A DNA stretch of 20,628 bases, from contig CAYLZE010000095.1 of the NCBI GenBank assembly GCA_964388035.1, positions 1-20,628 of the forward strand, written 5' to 3'. This document shows, in pieces, positions 1-7,157 of this stretch. The DNA comes from an uncultured archaeon. GTDB taxonomy: Archaea > Asgardarchaeota > Lokiarchaeia > Sigyniarchaeales > SOKP01. The notes beneath the pieces are model-generated. The model ran no database searches. It was not told the origin of the DNA and saw only the letters and a program-made list of their open reading frames with translations. Within the stretch, counting starts at the first letter, position 1. Each line of letters begins with the position of its first letter. A program made the position numbers and the translations under genes.

Positions 1-39
1 GGCTGAAAATAGTTTTAGACACTAAAAATTTATGGATTT

Positions 40-966
40 CTAAAATATTTTTGAATTTCCAATCCATTTTTTTAATTTTTCATATATTTTTAGAAAAGAT
101 TGATATCCTTCTCCTTTTGTATCAAAAGGAGCTCCAGAATTCATTAATGGTAACCCTTGACAATATGAGGCAACAATATCATCATCTAAAGGAATATCTC
201 CCAAAATTGGAATGTTATTTTCTTTTAAGTCGCTTAAGAATTCTTCCTTAAATCCTAAAAGGGAGGATCTATTAATAATTGCGCGATATTCTTTACCCAT
301 TAATTTAATTAATTCTATAATTCTCATGAGATCGAGTTTCCCAAAGGGAGTAGGCTCAGTCACGGGTATCACGTAATCAGCTCTCTTTATCAAGGCTTCC
401 ACATCACAATGGGCTCCCGGAGCGGTATCTAATATGATGAGATCGTATTTATCTGACTCTTTTTCAAGAGTGGAATCCAACATTTCAATCATTTTTTCAA
501 CGATGGAAGCAGAACGAGCTTCACCCGGTTTCAATTCTCCGACAATTAGGGAAATATCATTAATAATTGTTGAATAAATCCATCCTATTGTTTTATAATC
601 CGGTTCAATGGCATCCGCTGGACAAATTTTATAGCATAACTTGCATCCCGAACATAAATTCATCATGGAGATGGGTACCATATCTTTAATATGCAACAGC
701 GCATGAGGAGCGCAATTTTCAGCACATATTCCACATTTCGTGCATTTCTCCTCGATTATTTTTGGAATGAAAAAAGGTACTGCTTGTTTATTCTCTAACT
801 TTCCTCCTAATAATAAATAGGTATTAGGATTTTCCACATCCCCATCCATTAAAAGCACCTTGTACCCTTCATTCTTGAACATCACTGCAAGGTTAACGGC
901 ACAAAGGGTCTTTCCTGTACCCCCTTTGCCTCCAGTCACGCATACAACTTTAGGATTTAAAGACAT
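40..966 (-). CDS. MinD-superfamily P-loop ATPase with inserted 2x[4Fe-4S] ferredoxin domain (COG1149-like)
   Basis: Deviant Walker A GGKGGTGKT, DGDVENPN, ferredoxin motifs CTKCGICAENC and CSGCKLCYKICP, GEARS, DTAPG and VTEPTPFG motifs typical of this family. Confidence 0.92.
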   Translation of the reverse strand: MSLNPKVVCVTGGKGGTGKTLCAVNLAVMFKNEGYKVLLMDGDVENPNTYLLLGGKLENKQAVPFFIPKIIEEKCTKCGICAENCAPHALLHIKDMVPISMMNLCSGCKLCYKICPADAIEPDYKTIGWIYSTIINDISLIVGELKPGEARSASIVEKMIEMLDSTLEKESDKYDLIILDTAPGAHCDVEALIKRADYVIPVTEPTPFGKLDLMRIIELIKLMGKEYRAIINRSSLLGFKEEFLSDLKENNIPILGDIPLDDDIVASYCQGLPLMNSGAPFDTKGEGYQSFLKIYEKLKKWIGNSKIF

Positions 967-1021
967 ACAAATTAAAAAAATTAGAATTTTTAATATAATA
1001 TATTAAATAATAGAATTAACT

Positions 1022-1483
1022 TTAAACCTGCCTTCCTCGGCCTCCTCCCATGCCTCCTCCCATTCCTCTGCCTTGCCCCATGCCTCGACCTCCTCCCATT
1101 CCGTAATGTGCACCTACATTCGCTCCGTCAACCTTAGCCAATTTACCTTGAAGATACATCGTGATGGCTTGTTTCACGGTAACTTGCTGGTTTGGTAATT
1201 GATAAATATTAAGTTGTAAGGCATTTAACGCTTGGGCGGCATTAGGGCCTAAGAAGCCAACAATAAGGTCGCTTGCTCCGTTGTTGCCTATTATTTGAGC
1301 AGCTTGAATCCCTGCACCACCCATTGCATCTGCAGCATGATTGGGCACGGCTTTAACCGCCTTAATTTCATTATTCTCTATGGTAACAAAAGTAAAACTG
1401 CTGCATCTTCCAAATCTTTGATTGACCATTTCATTCAATCCCCCATTTCCAAAACTAGGGATTCCTACAATAATTTCAGCCAT
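1022..1483 (-). CDS. NifB/NifX-family (dinitrogenase FeMo-cofactor biosynthesis-like, COG1433) protein
   Basis: RFGRC, PN...GGAGIQAAQ and GPNA motifs; Gly/Met/Arg-rich C-terminal tail GMGGGRGMGQGRGMGGGMGGGRGR; lies upstream of the COG1149-like gene, as is usual for these families. Confidence 0.9.
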   Translation of the reverse strand: MAEIIVGIPSFGNGGLNEMVNQRFGRCSSFTFVTIENNEIKAVKAVPNHAADAMGGAGIQAAQIIGNNGASDLIVGFLGPNAAQALNALQLNIYQLPNQQVTVKQAITMYLQGKLAKVDGANVGAHYGMGGGRGMGQGRGMGGGMGGGRGRQV

Positions 1484-1512
1484 TTTTTTCTAACCTTAAT
1501 CTTTAAATTTTC

Positions 1513-1570
1513 TGAATAATTATTCATTATGATTAAATCATTAAGCATTAAAAAATTTAATGTTTATAAC
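1513..1570. promoter_or_regulatory. Cluster of palindromes in a divergent promoter region (candidate operator sites)
   Basis: TGAATAATTATTCA (1513-1526, perfect palindrome), ATGATT-A-AATCAT (1529-1541) and GTT-TAT-AAC (1562-1570) between divergent nifX-like and mrp genes; the region is very AT-rich, so chance is not excluded. Confidence 0.35.
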
Positions 1571-1689
1571 AGATTTTCAATTCATTTAAATAATTTATTA
1601 GCATTACATTTTAGAAATTAAATAATTTGATAGATCATGATTGAAGTGAATTAAGCTTAATCACAAAATAAAAAGAAACAAGAGGTAAA

Positions 1690-2568
1690 GTGGAAATGGG
1701 AGATGATGAAATTCCCGACATTGATTTGAAGGAAACGATTGATGAAGGGAAAAAAGAAATGATGGATGAGAGAATGGTCCAGATAGAAAAGAACATGGCA
1801 TCTATCAAGAACAAGCTTGTAATAATCAGCGGAAAAGGCGGAGTGGGGAAGACAACGGTAGCAGTAAACTTAGCCATGAGCTTGGCTAGCTTGGGATTGC
1901 GTGTCGGTATTTTGGATGTGGATATTACTGGGCCTAATGTTACTAAGATGCTGGGAGTAAGCACGGATCTAAAACCGCAAGTTGATCCCGACGCAAAAAG
2001 ATTTTATCCGGTTGTTGGTCCTCTCAATTTGAAGGTAATGGGCATGGCTTTTTTAACGATGAGCGAGGATGAACCGGTTATTTGGCGGGGTCCCATGAAG
2101 ATGGGTGCTGTGCGACAATTTTTAGGGGATGCCGTATGGGGGGAGTTGGATTATTTGATTTGCGATTTGCCTCCCGGAACCTCTGACGAGACGTTGGATA
2201 TTCTTCAACTTATTCCTGACGAAAATGTAATCGTCGTGACGACACCACAGGAAGTATCTTTAATGGATGCGCGGAAGACAATCAAAATGGCGCAAATCAT
2301 GGAGCGAAATGTATTAGGTATCCTTGAAAACATGTCTGGTTTTAACTGTCCTCATTGTGGTAAATATATTGACTTGTATCCTCCAGGAGGGGCGGAAAAG
2401 GCCTCCAAAGACTTTAATGTGAGACTGTTGGGAAAAATACCATTTGAAATTGAAGTTAGTCAGCAAGGAGATCTAGGATTACCGTTTGTAATTAAATATC
2501 CCAATAGTGCGAGCGCTAAAGCGTTTAAAGAGGTTGTTAAAAAAATTAGAGAACTATTAGGCACTTAG
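1690..2568 (+). CDS. mrp: Mrp/NBP35 (ApbC) family Fe-S cluster carrier ATPase
   Basis: SGKGGVGKTT, LDVDITGP, VIWRGPMK, WGELDYLICDLPPGTSDE, VTTPQ, ENMS and CPHC motifs; start is GTG 1690 or ATG 1696. Confidence 0.95.
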   Translation: MEMGDDEIPDIDLKETIDEGKKEMMDERMVQIEKNMASIKNKLVIISGKGGVGKTTVAVNLAMSLASLGLRVGILDVDITGPNVTKMLGVSTDLKPQVDPDAKRFYPVVGPLNLKVMGMAFLTMSEDEPVIWRGPMKMGAVRQFLGDAVWGELDYLICDLPPGTSDETLDILQLIPDENVIVVTTPQEVSLMDARKTIKMAQIMERNVLGILENMSGFNCPHCGKYIDLYPPGGAEKASKDFNVRLLGKIPFEIEVSQQGDLGLPFVIKYPNSASAKAFKEVVKKIRELLGT

Positions 2569-2631
2569 TTCTTCGGAATTTAGAAATTTCTTTCTCTTTT
2601 TTCTTATATTATTCAAGAATAGCAGACAAAT

Positions 2632-3003
2632 TTAATTTTTAGTCCAAATAGTTATTCCTTCTTTAAGGGTGCGTTTATAAAAAAAGCTGCTCTCTTCTAA
2701 TTGTTTCTTAAGCATATCTTCGGTAAGAAATAAAGGAGACCACTCAAATTCCAATGACAAATCTACTAAATATTCATAAACGGCTTCAAAGTCTTCAGGG
2801 ATGCGTTCTCGTACAACAAACAACAGATCAACATCACTTCCAAAGCGCGGTTCTTTTCTAGCAAAAGAACCATATAAGATTATCCTCTCAATTGTTGGAA
2901 TTAATTGTCCTATTTCTTTTCCATACTTATTGAGTAAATTCATCAGTTCCTTTTCTGATGGTGGATATCTGATTTTTACAGAATTGGAATACTTTTTCAC
3001 CAT
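2632..3003 (-). CDS. Minimal nucleotidyltransferase (MNT) antitoxin
   Basis: GS-x10-DxD motif (YGSFARKEPRFGSDVDL), 123 aa, C-terminal EG.. signature, overlaps the upstream HEPN gene. Confidence 0.9.
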   Translation of the reverse strand: MVKKYSNSVKIRYPPSEKELMNLLNKYGKEIGQLIPTIERIILYGSFARKEPRFGSDVDLLFVVRERIPEDFEAVYEYLVDLSLEFEWSPLFLTEDMLKKQLEESSFFYKRTLKEGITIWTKN

Positions 3004-3325
3004 TTTTTATAGCCTCCTCAGCATCATCTTTTGTATAATAATCCATGGGTGCGCCGGATGCGAAACCATTTGGATAACGAGAGGCGATATAATGTTTATC
3101 TAAACTTTTAGTTGCTTTAATGAATCTTTTCGGTACATAATACGCTTCGGGTAACTCTTTTAAAAGTTTTAATAAGGAATGTCCCCAAGCTTCAATTCTA
3201 ATTTCAAAATATAATGCCTTAATTGCTTTTTCTGCCGCTTGTTGTGCGGCTAAAACAGCCCATTCATAATGCTGTATTTTTTTGCTTTCTATTGCATGAT
3301 TGATATCTTTAAATGCTTGCTGCAA
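2927..3325 (-). CDS. HEPN domain protein (COG2250-like), probably 5'-truncated
   Basis: AQQAAEKAIKA, GHSLLKLL and HYIASRYP motifs; the only available start is a TTG directly after an in-frame TAA, and the usual first ~8 residues (including the Trp before Q-A-x-x-D) are missing. Confidence 0.85.
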   Translation of the reverse strand: MQQAFKDINHAIESKKIQHYEWAVLAAQQAAEKAIKALYFEIRIEAWGHSLLKLLKELPEAYYVPKRFIKATKSLDKHYIASRYPNGFASGAPMDYYTKDDAEEAIKNGEKVFQFCKNQISTIRKGTDEFTQ

Positions 3326-3651
3326 TTAAACAATCAAACGGATCTAATTTTTCTCCCGTACTTTCCAGAGTTTGATAGATGTTTGCTGCTTTTTGTGCTG
3401 CTTTTTCATCCAATGAAAACACATATAAATTATGAATTAGTTTCTCGATATTTGTTCTTTCAATTTCTAACAATTCGTTATTTATTTTATTCTTTCCAAA
3501 TTTCATTTTAAAAAATCCCATATATAACTCAAAAATAGAAAGGTGTTGTAATAGCAAATTTTTCCTCAGGAGAAAAGCTTTTAGTAAAAACTTTTAGCGA
3601 ATATTTTTCATGCAGAATATCAATACAAATATCAGTATCAAAAAATATCAT
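3309..3651 (-). pseudogene. vapC: VapC/PIN-domain toxin pseudogene (frameshifted and 3'-truncated)
   Basis: ATG 3651 overlaps the vapB stop (ATGA) and reads MIFFDTDICIDILH...FAITTP. One extra T at 3539-3541 shifts the frame to a TGA at 3531-3529. The +1 frame continues SIFELYMG...AANIYQTLESTGEKLDPFDCLIAASI* and lacks the final T-x-N/D motif. Confidence 0.85.
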
Positions 3652-3887
3652 TTTGAATCTACCCGAGTTCTGATTGATTCTCTCATCTCTCTACTCGCTT
3701 GCCTAAACTCGTTAGTAAATTCGTCTGGTAGATCTTTTGAAAGACCAAAACATTGTGAGATTTCAGAAAAATTGCTCTGGTTTTCTAATAATCTGGCTAT
3801 TACATCCGAATAACTTTCATATTTCCTTTTTTGCTTTTTCAAGCGATCATATATCTCTTTTCTAATAGAAATTTGTTTCGATGTCAG
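3648..3887 (-). CDS. vapB: VapB-type antitoxin (archaeal DUF217-like)
   Basis: Extending the listed ORF upstream gives (CTG)TSKQISIRKEIYDRLKKQKRKYESYSDVIARLL, matching the K-T-I-x-I...Y..L...K...ES(F/Y)SDVI.RL pattern; translationally coupled to vapC; start codon uncertain. Confidence 0.8.
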   Translation of the reverse strand: MTSKQISIRKEIYDRLKKQKRKYESYSDVIARLLENQSNFSEISQCFGLSKDLPDEFTNEFRQASREMRESIRTRVDSK

Positions 3888-4240
3888 TTGATTTTTTATG
3901 ATTCTATTCTATTTGTAATATATCACTATATTGCTCATATATAGAATAACAAATAATATTTTTAATTTTATTCTTTCAAAATTATTTTTTATAAACATTA
4001 TAATCTATTTTTTTCTTAAAATTATATAATTTTACTCCTCATATATTCAATTCTTATTTTTTAAAATCCTCTATTTTTTTTTAAGCAATAATCTTGACTA
4101 TCTTAAATGCGTAGAGGCATGTCTAAAATTCTAGGGATTAAAAATATAGAGGGTGATTCATTATTATTTTTTTGAATTTAACTAACTTTATCTTAAAAAC
4201 TTGAATTCCTAATTTAAAGAGAATTAGAGCGAAATTTATT

Positions 4241-5263
4241 ATGACTAAAAAAAAAGTATATATTGTAAAAGATTTAGTAATTGATGATCAATATGGCATC
4301 ATTGACTCAAAAGCTACAATACGTGAAGCTGCTAAAAAGATGAAAGAGATTGGCGTTCCTGATCTCGTTGTCATGGAAAATGGAAAGAAAGTTTTAGGCG
4401 TTATTGGAGACTTTGATATCGTACATAAAGTAGCCGAAGGAACTGATTGCAATAAGGTGAGCGTGATAGATGCGATGTACGTGATAGAACCAGTTCATGT
4501 GAACACGACCGTTCAAGAAGCTTTTAATAGGATGCAAAGATTGCAAGTGAATGTTGTCCCAGTGGTGGAGAATGGAGAATTAAAAGGAGTATGTACCATT
4601 CAAGATTGTTGGAGCTACATTCCTGATGAAACCTTCGATGATATTGGGCTCATTCCCGTGGAGAACACCAAATTTGTAGAATTCTGGTTTGCAAGTATTT
4701 GTTCTATAATTGCCTTGATCTTCGGCGTTATTTTTCCCTTAATAGGAATCTATGGATATTTTTATGCTGATGAGACCAATGTGTTAGGTGCTTTAGGTAT
4801 CATTGATATCAGAATAGGCACAACGGCTGTGGGATTCAGTGCAATAGAGTTTTTCCTATTTGAGGCGAGAGGGCCAGAATTACTAATTCCCTATTCGAGC
4901 ATCGTGAGCACGAGCGGGGTAATATGGATCTTTGTCGATTTATTTAGCATCGTTTTAGTGATTCTGGGCATACTCTCCTTATTTACCATTATTTACGCTA
5001 GCTATTCTGATACAAGACGATTATTAGCGGGAAGAAGAATTCGTGTCTTGATTCCGGGGCTATTTATAGTATTCATGATCCTAGAATGGATAATTTTTGG
5101 AATTGCGCTTAGCTTATCCTTACCTTCCATACCCATCTCCATTGACGTTCTCGGATTACTTTTTTCAATAATTTCCATTGTTTTCGTTATCTTCGCAGTC
5201 TTCAGAGATTATTTCTTTCGAGGAAAAGAATCGAGTGTAAATAAAATAGAGGGGGCAGATTAG
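4241..5263 (+). CDS. CBS-pair domain membrane protein (N-terminal CBS tandem + ~4 TM helices)
   Basis: ATIREAAKKMKEIGVPDLVV...GVIGDFDI and TTVQEAFNRMQRLQVNVVPVVENGELKGVCTIQD are two CBS repeats; the C-terminal half has four or five long hydrophobic segments. Confidence 0.8.
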   Translation: MTKKKVYIVKDLVIDDQYGIIDSKATIREAAKKMKEIGVPDLVVMENGKKVLGVIGDFDIVHKVAEGTDCNKVSVIDAMYVIEPVHVNTTVQEAFNRMQRLQVNVVPVVENGELKGVCTIQDCWSYIPDETFDDIGLIPVENTKFVEFWFASICSIIALIFGVIFPLIGIYGYFYADETNVLGALGIIDIRIGTTAVGFSAIEFFLFEARGPELLIPYSSIVSTSGVIWIFVDLFSIVLVILGILSLFTIIYASYSDTRRLLAGRRIRVLIPGLFIVFMILEWIIFGIALSLSLPSIPISIDVLGLLFSIISIVFVIFAVFRDYFFRGKESSVNKIEGAD

Positions 5264-5265
5264 TC

Positions 5266-6795
5266 ATGCCACGCGGAGGCGGTGGAGGTTCTCGTGGGGG
5301 CGGAGGCGGTTCCCGAGGAGGTGGAGGAGGATTTAGGGGATCTAGTTTTGGAGGATCTGGTGGGTTTCGAGGGGGTGGTTATAGGGGCGGTCCCACGGGC
5401 TTTAGAATGGGAAGCTCTCATCCTGGGGGCACGCCTTTTGGACGCACAGGAGCAAATAGAGTCGTGAATCGAGGCCCTAGTGGCCCTTACCGGCATAACT
5501 ATTATCGCCCTCATCGTAGTTATTATTGGTATGGATATCGTCCTTATTGGTGGTATGGTCGTCCTTGGTATTGGCGATGGTGGTATTCCCCCTATTGGTC
5601 AGGATGGTACAATCGTCCGTGGTATTATTCTCCTGTATTGGCCGTTGGATCAATAATCTTTATTATTTTGGTCGCAGTCATTTTCATTCCCTTAATCGGG
5701 GCATTATTACTTATTCCAACAGGAGGGGGCAATCAAGTTAATTATCGCTCCACAGAAACCATCTATTACAATGAGTATTATTATGAGCATGAGCAAATTA
5801 ATGCGGGAAGAGACATTACCTTTTCCGTTCAATCATCTCCCAGTGTAATCACTTTTGCTATTTGGGATCATCCATTTGATCAGTTGCCCAAAACTACGGT
5901 GAAGGGACATTACGACGAAAAATTCACGTTGGAGAATAATTATTATGAATATTATTCCATCTATCTAAATCAAGAATCATCGATAAAATATCAGTTTACA
6001 TCTTCTAAACCAGTAGATTTTTTCATTGCAGATGGAGACCAGCTATATGATTGGAATAATGGAGAAAATCCAGATTTCTATTATCACGTGGATAATGTGA
6101 ATTCCGGAAGAGGAACCTACATTACTGAAGATTCAATGGATTATTATCTTGTCTGGTATAACGGAAAAAGTTCAGAATCTGCCATAAGCATTAATGTTGA
6201 TTATACAGCAAAAGATGTCCTGGATTTCTCGGTTACTAATTTTCACGTGGAAGCCGTGACTTCTGTTCCCGAACAAACCTTCACTGTTCCAAATGATGGA
6301 GATTGGTATTTCTTCATTTACTTTAATCCCATGAAGTCTCCTGAAGAATCCACTGACGTTACTTTTGATGTAACCTATGAAACTGGATTTTCAACACAAC
6401 AATGGTTTAATCCCGTGGTGATTGTCCTCCTCATTATTGTAACTGTCGTCGTAATAGGTGCTGTTGTAGTACGAAAAAATCAAAAAAAAATTCTGCAAGA
6501 GAAAGGGTCAGAACCGATATCAACAACAAGCCCTTATAAGACAACCCAAGAGAAGCAAGAAACACAAAAGAAAGAAGGAGTTTCGGAACTTAGATGCTTG
6601 AGATGTGGTGCAAAATTACCGCCAAATGCGAGTTTCTGTACAAATTGTGGGGGAAAAATTGAAGGGCGAGAAATTGCAAAACCAGATGTTTCAACCCCTC
6701 CTGATTCCCCTACCTGTTCTTATTGCGGAAATAAACTGGATAAAGGATCGCAATATTGTTCTTATTGCGGCGTTAAAATCCGACAAAAAAATTAA
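5266..6795 (+). CDS. Two-TM membrane protein: RGG/Gly-rich and Tyr/Trp/Arg/Pro-rich N-terminus, beta-rich extracytoplasmic region, C-terminal double zinc ribbon
   Basis: aa1-60 RGG/Gly; aa75-123 aromatic-rich; TM at ~124-150 and ~383-402; four CxxC pairs (CLRC, CTNC, CSYC, CSYC); ATG 2 nt after the upstream stop, with a purine-rich GAGGGGG upstream. Confidence 0.85.
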   Translation: MPRGGGGGSRGGGGGSRGGGGGFRGSSFGGSGGFRGGGYRGGPTGFRMGSSHPGGTPFGRTGANRVVNRGPSGPYRHNYYRPHRSYYWYGYRPYWWYGRPWYWRWWYSPYWSGWYNRPWYYSPVLAVGSIIFIILVAVIFIPLIGALLLIPTGGGNQVNYRSTETIYYNEYYYEHEQINAGRDITFSVQSSPSVITFAIWDHPFDQLPKTTVKGHYDEKFTLENNYYEYYSIYLNQESSIKYQFTSSKPVDFFIADGDQLYDWNNGENPDFYYHVDNVNSGRGTYITEDSMDYYLVWYNGKSSESAISINVDYTAKDVLDFSVTNFHVEAVTSVPEQTFTVPNDGDWYFFIYFNPMKSPEESTDVTFDVTYETGFSTQQWFNPVVIVLLIIVTVVVIGAVVVRKNQKKILQEKGSEPISTTSPYKTTQEKQETQKKEGVSELRCLRCGAKLPPNASFCTNCGGKIEGREIAKPDVSTPPDSPTCSYCGNKLDKGSQYCSYCGVKIRQKN

Positions 6796-6799
6796 ATCT

Positions 6800-6849
6800 T
6801 ATTTTTTTATTTTTTTAGACTTTTTTTCTATTTATAGTTCTTTTTTTTC
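6800..6849 (+). terminator. Oligo-T archaeal-type terminator region
   Basis: Several runs of 7 or more T immediately after the stop at 6795. Confidence 0.5.
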
Positions 6850-6866
6850 AATGAAATCAAACCGTA

Positions 6867-7072
6867 CTCACCTGACGAAACCATATAGACCCGATGAGCT
6901 AAAAATTTACGAAAGTGACGAGTGATTTCATATGAATTTTCTCCCATTTTGACAAGAATGATAATTTTTCAATTGCCGACGAAAAACAAAAAAAATTTTT
7001 ACGCTTTTTACAAAAATGAAAGGATCTTAAATCGGAACACTATATCAGCCAGGCAATATTTTGTCGAGGGAG
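6867..7072. mobile_element. Candidate MITE / IS remnant (~206 bp) with imperfect terminal inverted repeats and TA flanks
   Basis: Left TA|CTCACCTGACGAAA versus right reverse complement TA|CTCCCTCGACAAAA (12/16 identical including TA); subterminal ATATAG..CCGAT at both ends; no coding capacity. Confidence 0.35.
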
Positions 7073-7157
7073 TATAGTTTAATTATATCGTTTTTTTGAA
7101 ACATATAAATATTTTGGCAATTTATTTGAGTATAAAAAATATAGAGATGATAATTAC

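Noticed and set aside
1026-1102. Short tandem CCTCCCAT-type DNA repeats
   Set aside because: They simply encode the GMGGGRG tail common in COG1433 proteins; not a CRISPR array or an independent repeat
1022-1483. Nitrogen fixation inferred from the NifX/NifB-like gene
   Set aside because: No nifHDK or nifEN is present in the window, and COG1433 proteins are widespread in non-diazotrophs
5260-5741. Alternative-frame ORFs 5260-5514 (-), 5282-5467 (+) and 5526-5741 (+)
   Set aside because: Shadow ORFs produced by the GC-rich low-complexity coding of the 509-aa gene
6867-6922. Hammerhead-ribozyme-like words CTGACGA, CCGATGAG and CGAAA
   Set aside because: Stem II does not close after CTGACGA, the alternative core has C in place of the conserved U, and no UH cleavage site with a stem III pairing can be built
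6851-6931. SECIS-like hairpin starting with ATGA downstream of a Cys-rich gene
   Set aside because: The upstream gene has no in-frame TGA and ends in TAA, and the spacing to an apical AA loop does not fit
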